From Octopus bimaculoides (lineage: Eukaryota), in assembly GCF_001194135.2 (NCBI RefSeq), contig NC_068988.1, positions 27,492,659 to 27,556,658 of the forward strand: a stretch of DNA of 64,000 nt, written 5' to 3'. A model generated the notes under the pieces. It did no database searches, was not told where the DNA came from, and worked only from the letters and a program-made list of their open reading frames with translations. Positions 1 to 13,174 of the stretch are shown here, one piece after another. The first letter of the stretch is position 1. The number at the start of each line of letters is the position of its first letter. The position numbers and the translations under genes are program-made.

Positions 1-44
<44 letters not shown>
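1..44. repeat. (TA)n microsatellite
   Basis: Pure TA run at the window start. Confidence 0.95.
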
Positions 45-48
<4 letters not shown>

Positions 49-1757
49 AACTGAAACATATCTTTTGCATGTGTATGATCATATATGAATGTGTGTGTTT
101 ATTTTTATGTGAAGTGTAGTTTGCATATATAATTAAGTTCCCTGCACATAAGAAAAAGATGGGTGGACACTGCTGAAATGTTACTGATCATAGGTCTACT
201 GAATTTAAGCCGATTTGAGTTTAAACAACAACCTTTGCTAAACTTAATATGAGTGTTAAAAAGACTTCATACAGGAGCATGAAGTTGGTGAAAGCCACCA
301 TTTCTAAACTAAAGAAAAACAGAAACTGCTGTATTCCCTGTTTTAGTCGACAATATACAAACATCAAGAAATAGAAAGTAAGGAATAAAAAAAAGCATTA
401 TAAAATTCTTTTGTGTACTTAGCAAAACTTTATTAAACCATCAGCCCAAGTAGAACTCATTGATTATAAGCAAGACAATGTTCTTGTTTCTATAAGTCCA
501 AATGCAAATGATATCATATAAGGCATTATTGTTTGGCTGCCCCAACTTAAGAAATGGGTTATGAAATCCTCCTAAAGAACTTCCTCTTGACCAGAATTTA
601 AAATCTAACCGAAACATTAAACATCCTCAACCGTAGACTCTAAACTTAATTAGACCAAGGGAGAGCTATTTATAGATGTGGATGCTGTCTTTCCCTTTTA
701 TTCGGAAAACTAAGTAGAATTCTCAGAGAATGGTTTCTATACACTAACAAAGGAACAACAAAAGAGATTTAAGAAATCTGGAGAGAAGAAAGGCAATTCT
801 AAAATGTCTGGAGAAGCTTTCTTTCCTAGGAGCAATAAGATCAGAAATAAATGTGAGTAGTATTATTAAAATGTACTTTTGCTCAACCATGAGAAAAAAT
901 TGCTTTTGTTCATTGCATAGTTTTGAAGATAAAATATCTTTTATTGTATTTTTATAACTTCAGTAGAAAACTGTTTTAAAAAAACTGATTGTTATATAAT
1001 ACCTTGAAAATATTTTTCAGCAGTATGATAAAACTGTTTCCCTTCTTTTCACAAGAAGTAGTTTATACTGCATTTGTAGTTTTCCGGAATTTCTTTTAGA
1101 AGATTGCACTGTACAGCTTTTTAGAGTTGCACTGAGAGAACCAACCTAGTCAAAGATTTATAACTTGGATAGAATCCCAGATTGTGGCTCCTACTTTATC
1201 TTGAAAGCACTCAATTCTCTCCTTGTTTTATTCTTTGTTAGTGTTTGCGATAGAATTGGCATCATCTGAGGCAAGAACAGTAGCTACAGTAACAGACTGT
1301 TTGCAGTATATTATCTGAATATATTAAGCTACTGACTGGGAATAAATGTATAAGAAATCATCAAATAACCGAACTATGTTGATGGCTTCTTTTAGTCATT
1401 GATCAATCAAAGCAAAAAGGATTCTAAGGAAATACAATGAAGTTTTAAAGAATGGAGTGGATAAAGAAACCAGAGTGGAATGTCTGAGGTTATGCTAGCA
1501 TTATGAATACTGTATGCATAAAGCTGCTTCTCTAGAAAGCTAAAGCTAATATTTCAACAGACAATACTGAAAGCGGTGTATAGATTATCAATCAACATGG
1601 CTTTTTCTAGTAAGAAAGACTCCTCCAAGGACATCTAGGAAAAAAAATCTAAAGAATTATCTCCAATTGGTTTTTGAAAAATTAGAAAAATCTATATAAA
1701 ATAAAGATTTCGTTATTGGTTATTTAGTGGAAGACAAAAATAAATCAGCAGCAGCAG

Positions 1758-1985
1758 TATCATTTAATGTCCATGTTCCATCCTGGCATGGCTTGAATGC
1801 TGTGACAGAATCTGATGGGTCCAAGGACTATTGTACTCCAGTGCTTGCTTTGGCATGGTTTCTACAGCTAGATGTCCTTCCTAATGATAAACACTTTACA
1901 ACATGTGATGCATGCTTTTGTCATGCCATCAGCTCTTTTGAGGTCACTGTGCAGTTCACAACACGAAAAACCCTGACAAAGGGAG
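1758..1985 (-). mobile_element. Family C repeat (Meta-like core, (GAT)n-type tail), decayed
   Basis: Contains tttctacagctagatgtccttcctaatg, shared with the copies at 30.8, 38.6, 40.5 and 57.4 kb. Confidence 0.7.
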
Positions 1986-2199
1986 GGATTCATCTTTATG
2001 TTAGGGGATGAAAGATTAAAATATTCACTAAAAGAACATAGTTGACAAAATTTGTAAATATTCAAATGCATGTAAAACAGTGATTTACTTTCACTTTAAA
2101 AGTGAAAGTAAAACAATAATATTTTCATTTGAAAAATATGTCATATTAGGTGAGATTACTTATAGCTTGTGAGGAAATTTATGAATATACTGTTGAATG

Positions 2200-2632
2200 T
2201 CTTTTACTGGTTTCAGTCATTGGGCTGTGGTCATGCTGGGGCACCACTTTCTAAGGTTTAGTCAAACAAATCAACCCCAGTACCTATTTTTCTTAAGTCT
2301 AATATTTATTGTATTGATTTTATTTATTTATTCTTTACTAAACCATTAATTTACAGAGACATAAACAAAACAACACCAGTTGTCAAGCAATGATGGAGTC
2401 ACAAACACACACACACTCATATATGTGTGTGTTTGTGACCCCCATCATTGCACACACACACACACACACACATATGACAGGCTTCGATGCAGTTTCCATC
2501 TACCAAATTCACTTACAAAGTATTGGTCAGCCTGAGGCTATAGTAGGGGGTACTTGTTCAAGGTGCCATGCTATGGAAGTGAACCCAAAACTACATGGTC
2601 ACAAAGTGAATTTCTTAACTCCACTGCCATGC
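2200..2632 (-). mobile_element. SINE family A (tRNA head + CORE-like segment; octopus OR2-like)
   Basis: Reverse complement of the recurrent A consensus: gtttcagtcatt...catgctggggcacc...ttccatctaccaaattcacttacaaag. Confidence 0.75.
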
Positions 2633-3085
2633 ATGTATCTATAGCTGATTATAAAATATAATGATAGTGTCAAAGCTGTATATTTGGTTTTTGGATTATT
2701 GGTTCCTATTTCATGAGGTAAGCCTTTTCACTGAGAATTGTGTTTTCTATTTAGGCAAAGCAGAAGGTTTACTTGTTTCACTACGTCTCATAAATAAAAA
2801 TAGCTGCAACATTGCAAATGTAAGGCATGAAAAAGTGCTTCTGGCTGTAAAAATATTATTCTGAGAATTTATGGAAATACAATACAGAATTCCTAGAACC
2901 ATTCAACTGTTAAACAATATAGAAATACTGAAGTGAAACTGATTTTTTTAAAAATTTATTTTTGAAGATAATCTACTTTATTAAAACTGGGTTTAATTTT
3001 GGTTTTTGTGTAATTTTTTTTCTATATCAATATATGTCTGTGTTGGATATAAATATTTTCTTAATTACTCAAATTATTAACTTAA

Positions 3086-3307
3086 CCCTTTAGTGTTTAA
3101 AAGCTGGCCATATCTAGCCCAAATATTTTACCTGTTTTATGTTCAAACCAGTCAGATCCAACTTCCCATACCTTCCTATAATGTCATTCTAAAAATAAAC
3201 AAATCACACCATCAAAATTGCAAAGCTACAAAACAATGCATGATTAATTCAAAACAGTATGAATAAATAAGCATTACATTTGACAGAGTAATCTGAATGC
3301 TAAAAGG
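3086..3307. mobile_element. TTAA-type (piggyBac-like) MITE, family 1
   Basis: Begins TTAA|CCCTTTAG and ends CTAAAAGG; the body matches the reverse complement of 56106-56325 and 57814-58022. Confidence 0.7.
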
Positions 3308-3974
3308 TTCTCTGTGCCATCTTCCATCGTGTCAGTAAATGGTTACAGATTGTCTGTTGGATTCCATAAAAAAAAAACCCAGCATTTTATAAGCAATAGA
3401 TAAAGATTATAGTGAGTAAAATATTGTAATATGTGGGCACATACATAATCATCAAATAGTGTCTGCTTTTTTGAAGCTTCTAGCACAGCACTCTCTAGTC
3501 CTTTGTCATCTCCTCTATGGTAGCATTAGTATTGGCTGAATAAGTGCAGTCTATACACAGCTATAATTTGAATTCTAAATGTTGACTTTCAAATTCTTTG
3601 GTTTAGTAGTTGACTGTTTAATTGAAGATATAACAAGTCATTACTTATCTTGTGGACTGATTCAATTTTAGTACTATATATAGACAATATCAGTTTCCAG
3701 TTAGTATAGCACTAAAATTATTCAGTTCTCTTTTCATAGCTTCTTTGATGCCAAATATATTAAAGTAGGAAAAAACAGTTTAGCCATAACATGACTCCAG
3801 CACCTGCCTTCAGCTACAAACTCACAACTCTGCAGCTAAGAGGAGACTAATATCTTATCTCATGTGTCATTGCATAAAAGGATAAACTTTCAATAAGTCT
3901 GGTTTGAAACTCAGAAGATACGAACATCAATTTTACTTACATGCTAATAAAAATCTTTGGTTTATGTGAGTACA

Positions 3975-4330
3975 GGTGTGGTTGTGTAGATAAGAAGCTT
4001 GCTTCTCAACCATGTGATCTTGGGTTCAGACCCACTGAACAGCACAGCACTTTGGGTAAGTGTTTTCAGCTATATCTCTGGGCTGACCAAAGCCATGTGA
4101 ATGGATTTGGTAGATGGAAACTATAAGAAGCCAATCATATATGTGTGTGTGTGTTTATATGTTTGTGTGTGCTTTTGTCTTGCCATCATATGATAGTTGT
4201 AAACAAGCATCACTCTCATACAAGTGGTGTTGTTTGCTTCAAGTCTACCATAAAACATGTCTGTTCTCCATGGGGAAGTATTATCTTGCTTGGAAGATGC
4301 CTCACGAAATCTGACCCATGCAAGCATGGA
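3975..4330 (+). mobile_element. Composite SINE A2 (A head + alternative tail), decayed
   Basis: A-type head, then the aaaacatgtctg...ctgacccatgcaagcatgg tail also seen at 18.9, 38.8, 47.7 and 61.5 kb. Confidence 0.65.
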
Positions 4331-5610
4331 GGGGGAGGAGGAGGAGGTGTTTCCTATCTCTCTTGAGAAGGCTTTAAGAAACTACTTCAGTGTAGACTAC
4401 TTACAATACCATAACAGAAATATGAATGACTAAAATATATGAACTCACTGCTACTAGCTGATCAATTTTGCTATTAAATATGAACACTAACAAACTGCTA
4501 ATGAACTAATCTGAAAAGTTTCTTTCTACCATGTCACAGTATATTGTTATTATAAACTAACCACATCAATACACACTGTTATGGTACTGCTTTTAACAAT
4601 GGAACCAATTTCAGATACGTTTTTTTTGTGTTAGTATGATGGCCAAACATTGCAAACAAGCTGACTCTGCTCTCACAATGGTATGAAGTATTTCCTATGG
4701 TTAAGGATTAATAAATAGAAAGACAACTTGGAAAATATTATTCAGGATTCAGTCATAGAAAAGTAAATAAGGCATGTGATACAGGCTTCTGTGTTCAATA
4801 TGTGTATTTTGGAACTTATTTCTTGGTTAGTGAATAGCAAGCAAAATAACAAGAAAAAATGTTTATAAATCAAGTATTTATTGATAATTGTCTAGCTTAT
4901 GCAGCAGTTGTTATATTTTTGTTTCCGCAGATATTGGTTTTACACTATATAGAACTTGTATGTGTAACATTCTGCTGGAAACATTGCAGATTATCAACTG
5001 TTTTCTGTAAATGTTAAGTCCACATTTTGCACTCGAGTGCATATTTTATTGCAATCGATGGTGAGATTCTTTTGAATGGAGGTTTACGCATAATTTTGTC
5101 ATGCTTGCATGGCCCTTGGAAATAAATGAACAAAGAACATCACACTCGTTGGTTTTTATCTTAAACCAGGTCAAAATGCTGACTACTGTGACTTCGAACC
5201 TGTTACCATAAGCTGTACAAGTGTTAGAATATTCTTCATTTTTGTATAAGTTTAAGTATAGTAGATGTTTTTTTTTTTGGTTATATATTTATTTTATTTG
5301 TTTATATTATTATTTGTTTACTTAAAGAGAAATTGTTGAAAATCCACTATTACTAGACGAGTGACTTTTTCTCATGCTCTGCTGGCAATGCTGATTAGAT
5401 ACACACCAGTTTTTCAAAGAAAGAGTCATTTTTGGTTAAATGTCAGAAAATGAGCCAAACCATCTGTTGTGTTTTCATAAGAATCTAGGGTTAGAGAAAA
5501 TAAAGAAATTGATAAATAAATGAAATAAAGGAAATAAAAGCAAAAGAAAGAAGTAGAATAAAAAGACATCTCAACTTCAAAATCGATGCAAAAGTAAAGG
5601 ACTTTTCCAG

Positions 5611-5669
5611 ATATATGTTTGGAAAATTGCTTAATGACAGACATATATTCTCATTGTCTGTTGTTGCGG
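5611..5669 (+). CDS. Candidate coding exon (xYMFGKLLNDRHIFSLSVVA), unassigned
   Basis: acttttccag| acceptor and G|gtgaat donor, within a 103-codon stop-free frame (5516-5827); phase-compatible with 6106. May instead be decayed LINE ORF2. Confidence 0.2.
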
Positions 5670-6105
5670 GTGAATTTTGTTGGTTGTGGAAAGCTATTTC
5701 AAACAAAACAAAAGATAAACAAATTTTGTTTAAAAATAAAAAGCAAAGCATTCCCTGGTTTAAAGAAAAGGCATCAGTTAAATGTTCCCTTTGGACTTAC
5801 AGTTCACAACATTGCACAGATGCATAAATTTATATAGTTTAACACAGCAGCGTGTATTATATAGTTAACACACCATCATCATATAATGGAAAATAATAAT
5901 AATAATAGTATTGATAATAATAATACAAACTCATCAAATAAAAAAAAAAAGAAGATTCATCATCATTATAGGTTTTTAATCATTTTATGTATATTTTTTT
6001 CCATTCCAACATTGAATTGGTGCTGTTGTATCACACATTTGTTCACGTGTTGAAAAAAATACAGATGAACGAAAGAAAGATTATTTTTTTTTATATTTGC
6101 TTCAG

Positions 6106-6245
6106 AAGCAATGAAGGCTGATTTGATTGTCACAGAGAAAGAAGTGAAAATATTCTGTGAGACAAAAGATTATACAGCATTCCAGAAAGTTCCTTCCCTT
6201 CCAGAATTATATCAATCATTCTTGGATGCTGCAGAAACAACATAG
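6106..6245 (+). CDS. Candidate terminal exon (xAMKADLIVTEKEVKIFCETKDYTAFQKVPSLPELYQSFLDAAETT*), unassigned
   Basis: Strong acceptor ttattttttttttatatttgcttcag|, then 45 open codons to TAG. Confidence 0.25.
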
Positions 6246-7145
6246 AATAATCCTCTGAGATCTTCTTCAAACTATGTTTGGCTTCAGCTACAAATATTTG
6301 TTGACATTACTAGAAAAATACTGTTATCATCATCATCATCATCATCATCGTTGTCATCATCGTCATCGTTGTTGTCATCATCATTCTTACCATCACAATT
6401 ATATTAGTCTTCACATACACATTTATGTTTGTAAATATTTTTCAAAGTAGTGCTTGATATAACAACCTCTTCTACAAACAACTAACAGCATCTTGCATTT
6501 ATAGCTTAGTTTGAACTAAATATTTTATCCCCAGCATTGAATGTCATTGTTAAATTATTTTATATATTGATAATACAGATACTTTAAGTAAAGCATTCAA
6601 ATTTATTCATAATTAAGACAATGAGGTTTTGTTCCATTTTTCTAATACAAGATGATATTTTTATATTTCTTTTGAACTGACTGACTTATCAAGTTTTTAA
6701 AAAATATTTGATACCTGTAATTCTTTCAGAGAATTGTTAGCTCTTAAGATTTATCTGGAATAAAGTCATTCATTACCCACTAGAAGTCATGCAACCATCA
6801 TTTCTTGTGGGTGACTGGCTTAATTCACAAATCATGGTTTGTGAACTGAATATTGAATGAAGCAATCCAAGCTATTCCAAATGCAATAGGATTGAAACCT
6901 GCATTATGTAGTGACTTTTAGAAAGTTTCAATATTAATGGGTCATCGGACACAAGTGAGGTATCGGTTGAAATAATTTATAATGTGTACATGTGCCAGCA
7001 TGCACGTGTTTTTGCGTGCTCGTGTGCACATGTGCTAGAGATTCAGGGAGATAAACAAAGGGGGCAAAGTCTGTTATTTTTATTGTTAAGCTGCTTAAAT
7101 ATTTTAAGCAGAGCTTTTTACTGTTCAAAATATTAACTTGTATTT

Positions 7146-7290
7146 CTATACCACTGCACACGTTAGTGCTTAATCTAACACCTTGTGCTTCTATACCACT
7201 TCACATGTTAGTGCATAAACTTAAACTAACACTGTATGCTGCTGTACTACTGCATGTTAGAACTTAATGCTGGCACTTCCTGTTGCTATA
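7146..7290. repeat. Degenerate tandem repeat, about 3 units of 45-51 bp
   Basis: Units start ctataccactgcacacgttagtgc / ctataccacttcacatgttagtgc / ctgtactactgcatgttag. Confidence 0.55.
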
Positions 7291-7509
7291 CAACCGAACA
7301 GATTATTGCTTAACTCTGACATCTGCCACTACTACTATATGACTGCATAAATTATTAGTGGTTCTAAGAAGTTGGAGTAGCTACATTGATAAAACATTAG
7401 CCTTCAGAAAGTAGGCACACCTTTTGATTTATATTACCTGTATTGAATTGATGGAAAAAAAATATCCTAAAATGTTCTGGTGACTCTGAAAAAGTATAAG
7501 TAGATATTC

Positions 7510-7732
7510 AATATTGGTATCGAATTTTGGCACGAGTCCAGCAATTTCAAGGTAGGGGGTAGGTTGATTATAATCAACCCCAGTTGATTATAAATTGGTT
7601 TTGTTTTATTAACCCTGAGAGGACAAAAGGCAAAGTTGACCTTGGTGAAATTTGAACTCAGAGCTTAAAGACAGACGATATGCCACTAAGCATTTGACCT
7701 GGCATGTTAATGATTCTGCTAGCTCGCTGCCT
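7510..7732 (-). mobile_element. SINE family B (tRNA-like head)
   Basis: aaaggcaaagttgaccttggtgaaatttgaactcagag...attctgctagctcgctgcct is the reverse complement of the B consensus. Confidence 0.8.
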
Positions 7733-8170
7733 CAAATATATATTCAATATTAAAAGGTGTGTAGCCAAATAATACCTGAAGCAGACTTCGAGTAGAGAGG
7801 GCATTCTCTGATGAGGTTGCGAATGGTAACGAACGGACTTTGACGAGCCTGACTGATTGATTAACCAAGTAATTAATCAAACAATCATTAGTTAATTAGT
7901 TTACCAATTCACAAATAACAAACAAAGAAGTAAAATATAACCTCTGTGTGTGTGTGTGTGTGAATTTATTGGCGTGATGACTCTTCTGAGATACAATGAA
8001 ATCTCTTTCAATACACGAGTTCACATCAAGGATCTTGCAAACCAAATACAAATGCCAGATAATAGTTACAGCTATTTTGGGGCTATAATATTTTTTTTTT
8101 TTAATAAAATTTAGATCATCGTTTAGTCTTATCACAAATGATTATTATATCAGCAACACATTACCGGTTA

Positions 8171-8350
8171 TAACCTTTTTGGTATCAGCCTATCTGAGAC
8201 TGCCCTAGTTCTAAAATGCAAATTTGGCCATTTTGATGCGTTTAAGTTTATTGTAATTTTATCAAAGAACTTTTGTTATGTTTCAAAAACCAGCTTAATG
8301 ATGGAGAATTTCATTATAAATATGGTCATAAAATGATTAGTTGGTGTGTT
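8171..8350. mobile_element. TTAA-type MITE family 2, one end
   Basis: taacctttttggtatcagcctatctgagactgccctagttc resembles the inverted right end of 55943-56385. Confidence 0.5.
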
Positions 8351-8589
8351 CTTAGCTGAGGATGCTGGGAATCCAGTTGGAATAACATTTCTGTAGGAGG
8401 TTCAATGATTTTTGTTTTTTACTTTCATTCAATTTCTTTGAGGTGTTTTTACTTCATTACTTGAACGGATTTTAAACTAGTTAATTTTTTTTTTTTTTGT
8501 TCCTTCATAAGATATGGTTGTAAGTTCAAACCTTGCTAAAATCATACTCTTCAGCAGGGTGCTATTGCTTTGCTGGTGACGAATCTGTT

Positions 8590-9475
8590 TCCGGCTGAAG
8601 GATCTTACAATTTTCCATGCTTTCCTTCTCTAGATTGTCTTGTGTCTCAAAATCTGTGCACCTCTAATCCTGAGCTTGCTGTTCTCTAGTCTAGGGTGGA
8701 CGGGGCATTTCTCACTAGGGAGGGACTTGATATTTACAGCCAGCTGGCAGTATCATTACCATGCTGAGCAAAATGTTTAGTGGTATTTTATCTGACTTCA
8801 CATTCTGAGTTCAAATTACACTGAGGTCGACTTTGCCTTTCATCCTTTGAGGGTCAATAAAATAAGTACCAGTTGAGCACTGGGGTTGATGTAATTGACT
8901 AGCTCCCTCCCCTGAACTTGCTGGCCTTGTGCCAAAATTTGAAACCAATATTTACAGCCAGTTACTTCTCCTGTTTCCAGGTGAGAATGAAGTCTGTCTG
9001 GTATGGATTAGAGTTGGTTGGTGAATCAATCAGCTGGTAAGTTTCCTGAAATTGGTTTTGTAAAGGAAGGATTAGATTGCAACAAGCCCCTTGATCCCTC
9101 CTCCTTTTTCATATCATATCCATAGCCTCCATGTATGCCAGAGTAGCCATCACGGTGTTGCTCAAGCATATCCTATCCATCAAAGTCACTACCTACAATC
9201 AAGAGGTCACTGGCATTTGTTACCAAGAGATGGAAGGAGACACAAATGTTGTATTGATGGTTTCTATCACTTTATCCATGACTCGTCTAAGCTTGATTAT
9301 TCTGTCACAAATGCTGACTACTTCAGTTACTTTATCCATTTCTGTGCCATCAACACGTCTGCTCCACTGGCAGCAGACAAATCTGTACTTATGTTCCTTT
9401 CCTTATTCATGGGGAATCTAGCTGAGGCTCCCCTCCATCTCGTAGCAAATATTTACTTAACTCTACCCCAGCATT
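8590..9475 (-). mobile_element. RTE-clade LINE, endonuclease-domain fragment (decayed, split by a SINE)
   Basis: Minus-strand peptides MDKVTEVVSICDRIIKLR, DLLIVGSDFDG*...DGYSGIHGGYGY and QTDFILTWKQEK*LAVNIKSLPSEKCPVHPRL match RTE APE motifs; stops and frameshifts present. Confidence 0.8.
8744..8947 (+). mobile_element. SINE family B with a 14-bp target-site duplication
   Basis: B consensus (gagttcaaattacactgaggtcgactttgcctttcatcc) flanked by atatttacagccag at 8730-8743 and 8948-8961. Confidence 0.9.
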
Positions 9476-11054
9476 TCTAAAATCTTTCCAGATTTACCTT
9501 TCATCATGCCAATATTGATAGTAACAGCCATGAAGTTTTATATCTGATAGGAAAGGGGGTGGGTTAGTTTCCGGTGGTGAGTGGGTTGTTTGATGTTTGC
9601 CTTCTGCATCTGAAAGGAAGAGAGTTTGTATGCAATATCTGTTTTCTGTTAAACTCTGTTTGGCAGACAACACATCCATATTACTGGTGGTTGTTGTTGT
9701 TATTATCATTATTATTATTATTTTATTAATTTTATTTATTGACCATAATTATTCTTAAAAACATATATTCTTTTGATGAATATCAAATCCATCTTAGTGA
9801 AGTCTTAATGTTTTACTAAAAAAATGACTACGAACATATAATTTCCTTTTTCTTTTCTTTTTTTTTTGTGCCAATAATAAATGAAACTAACTGAAAAAAA
9901 TTCACCATCAATTCCAACAGGCATTGCAAAATCTAAGGAATTTGTGTGTGTGTGTGTGTGACTTAACAACAGTCTCCCATATCAAATATTTCACTGTTTC
10001 GCCAGTCTTGTACAATTGAACAACAGCAAAGCTAGCTAACAGCCAAAATGTTTGACAAGGACCCGAATGAAATTGAACAGCCTAGCAGTAAAAATTCTTC
10101 AACAGAAATAAATACTCTTTGTGGTGGAATACTTGAATTTTGTCAGATGTATTTCCAGTAAATACATCAACTGAACGAGGTAGTCGAAAAGCAAAACACA
10201 TGCTTGTGTGTCATTTGCTTATTTCTGTAAACAGTATATTAAGTTTTTAAGGAAACCTCTGTGTTCATATTGTTCGGCAGAGAGGAAGTAATTTTCCTGC
10301 TTCAGTTTTCTAGAGACAGAAGTAGGTTAATCAAAATTCCTAATGGCAATGAGCAAATGAGCAGCAACCGTTTTTCTTTCGTTTTTTTTTTCTTTTCCTG
10401 CTTTTACTGGGATTAAAACAGCGACCAATCTATTCAGAATTATATTATGAAACTTTCAAAGGCGATATTGTTTAGATTATATCCTTTTATTTCTATGACT
10501 TTTTCATTTGTTGCAGTAAAACAACAAGCTTTAAATTTATCAACAAAATTCATTAGCTATGCTGATGTGAAAACTTAAAACTGCTATTAAAACCACTTTT
10601 CTTATGTTTCACTTCATCTTAACTTTAGAAGATTGTACACAGAATTTAGTTATTTGAATCAAAAGTCTTTTACTTTGAGACTTCTTTGTACTGTAAATTC
10701 CAAATCTGCCATCAAACAAGTCAGCTCATATATTGCAGTTAACTGGCCAATAATGGAGTTTCTCTATTGTCATTTGATCTGCTAGAAATAGCAAGTGAAT
10801 CACCCAAAACCAGATCACATCCATGAGGCTATGGCAGAAGACGCTTACCTGAGTTGCCATGCAGTAAGATCAAATCAGTTAAGTTTTACCATACTGCTTC
10901 GTCTACGGCCCATATTTGTATGTGTGTGTGTGTGTAATTGCTGAAAACAAAGTGTTTATTCATGGTGATTATCTCTACATTTAGTAGAATAAAATTTATT
11001 GATAATACAGATTTCTAGGCACAAACATTACTGTGTAATTAAAAAAAAAAAACT

Positions 11055-11335
11055 CACTTTGGAACCTTGGGGTTTTGGGTTTGATCTCATTGCACAGCAC
11101 CATGGGCAAGTGTCTTTTACTGTAGCCCCAGACCTACATGTACCTCCTGAGTGATTCTAGTAGATGGAAACTGTATGGAAGCTTCTCATAAATGTGTGTG
11201 TGTGTGTGCGTGTTTGTCCCCTGTTGCCATTTGACAACCAGTGTTGGTAAGTACTGGGGTCAATTTGTTCAACTAAACCATTCAAAGAAATGCTCCAGCA
11301 TGGCCACAGTCCAGTAACCAAAATGAGTAAAACAT
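11055..11335 (+). mobile_element. SINE family A, decayed
   Basis: gcaccatgggcaagtgtctttt...gctccagcatggccacagtcc. Confidence 0.7.
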
Positions 11336-11882
11336 AGATGTGACTGAGAATTCAAGTTTTGCCTCTGGTGACTGATCCAACCTGATTGAATAAGCGGTTG
11401 ACAACCAAAACTTTGAAGTCACAGTCAATTTAATATTATCAATGAATGTGTGTGTGTGTTTGTATACGGTTGTATTGGTATATACGGAAATACTCAAAGG
11501 AATATATTTTGAACTGTGATATAAAGATACCTTCTGTCTCTGAAGAGTTTTGCTTTCTGGAAGAAATAGGTTACCTATTTGATCTTTTCTTAATAAATCT
11601 CTTTTCGGTAAAGAGTGACATGTTTTATTTGGCATTTAGCTGAGAAGGCTCTTCTGGTTTTTCTCATAATTTTTAATGAATCAATTGATGACTTGGACAG
11701 TTTGACAGTTGGTGAAGACATTGACAAAGCAAGAGGTCATGTATTGTTTACTTTATTCCTCTTCTCTCAATTAAATATATAATAATATATGTGTGTGTAT
11801 GTATGTATGTATGTATATATATATATATATATATATANNNNNNNNNNATATGATTTATTTAATCCATCATCTTTCATATAAA

Positions 11883-11915
<33 letters not shown>

Positions 11916-12390
11916 GATTTATTTTATCCCTCATCTTTCATATAAATAATATATGCATGCATCTATATATCTATATATATATGTGTGTGTGTGTATATAT
12001 ATATATTTATTTACATACACATATATATATATATAAACTCACAGACACATATATACACTCACATACATTTATATATACATGTATATACACATACATTTAT
12101 ATGCACACACACACACATACACACACATACATACACACACACACATATATACACATACAAAAATAGCTGATCTCCTCTAATTTTGTCCTCATTATAAGAA
12201 AGAAAAGAAAAACAAAGAGATGCATTGAAGAATTTCTTGACATTGATTATTATTGCAACCACATTTAGGTGTAGACACTCTTTTACTTCCTGAAATTCCT
12301 GCACCAGGAATTAGTGTTGTTTTAGTTTCACCTATGTAATTATTATTTCTTTTATAAATACCTTGATACCTGTGATATTTAGAACATACA

Positions 12391-12563
12391 GGGACCCACT
12401 CTAAAGTGGTTGGCATTAGGAAGATCACCCAGCTGTGGAAACCATGCCAAAGCTGATATTGGAGCTCAATGCAGTCCTTACAGCTCACTGGGTCCTGTCA
12501 ATCTCTTCAATCTCTACTAGCATGGAAAATATACATTACATGATGATGATGATGATGATGATG
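12391..12563 (+). mobile_element. Family C repeat with (GAT)n tail
   Basis: gtggttggcattaggaagatcacccagctgtggaaaccatgcc...gcatggaaaa followed by (gat)n. Confidence 0.75.
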
Positions 12564-12602
12564 AAAATGATGTGCTAAGGTTCTATAGTTGTTCATCTAG
12601 GT

Positions 12603-12879
12603 CAGAGGTTCTCAAACACTTTTTACCTGTGAATCCCCTTTGATTCCTATTCAATGCTTTTAAAAAATCCTATTATATTTTCATAATTAGATATTATTAG
12701 GAATTGTCTAAAAATAATTGTTGAGTGGCTGTGTGGTAAGTAGCTTGCTTATCAATCACAAGGTTCCGGGTTCTGTCCCACTGTGTGGCATCTTGGGCAA
12801 GTGGCTTCTGCTATGGTCTTAGGCCAACCAAAGCCTTGTGAGTGGATTTGGTAGATGGAAACTGGAAGAAGCCTGTCAT

Positions 12880-12917
<38 letters not shown>

Positions 12918-13174
12918 GTTTGTGTGTTTGTGTTTGACCTCCCACAATTGCTTGACAACGATAAAGTACTAGGCTTACGAAGAATAAGTCTTGGGGTCGA
13001 TTTGTTTGACTAAAGGCAGTGCTCCCGCGTGGCCACAGTCATATGACTGAAACAAGTAAAAAAAAAAAGAAAATGTATTCTGGATATTGCAGAGGCATAA
13101 CCAATTTATTGCACTTAGATTTTAACTACAACAATCCTATATGGACACCCAAGGGCCCTGGTTGAGAAACATCA
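12603..13174. mobile_element. hAT-like MITE with 8-bp TSD, interrupted by a SINE A
   Basis: Ends cagaggttctcaa and ttgagaaac; flanks atctaggt (12595-12602) and atctgggt (13175-13182); related to 41500-41702. Confidence 0.65.
12723..13070 (+). mobile_element. SINE family A nested in the hAT-like MITE
   Basis: gagtggctgtgtggtaagtagcttgctt...gactgaaacaagtaaaa. Confidence 0.85.

Noticed and set aside
420-1720. Partly open frames on both strands
   Set aside because: Multiple stops and no recognisable motif; cannot be assigned.
7562-7579. Perfect 18-bp palindrome ggttgattataatcaacc
   Set aside because: A mutated form of the imperfect palindrome present in every SINE B copy.
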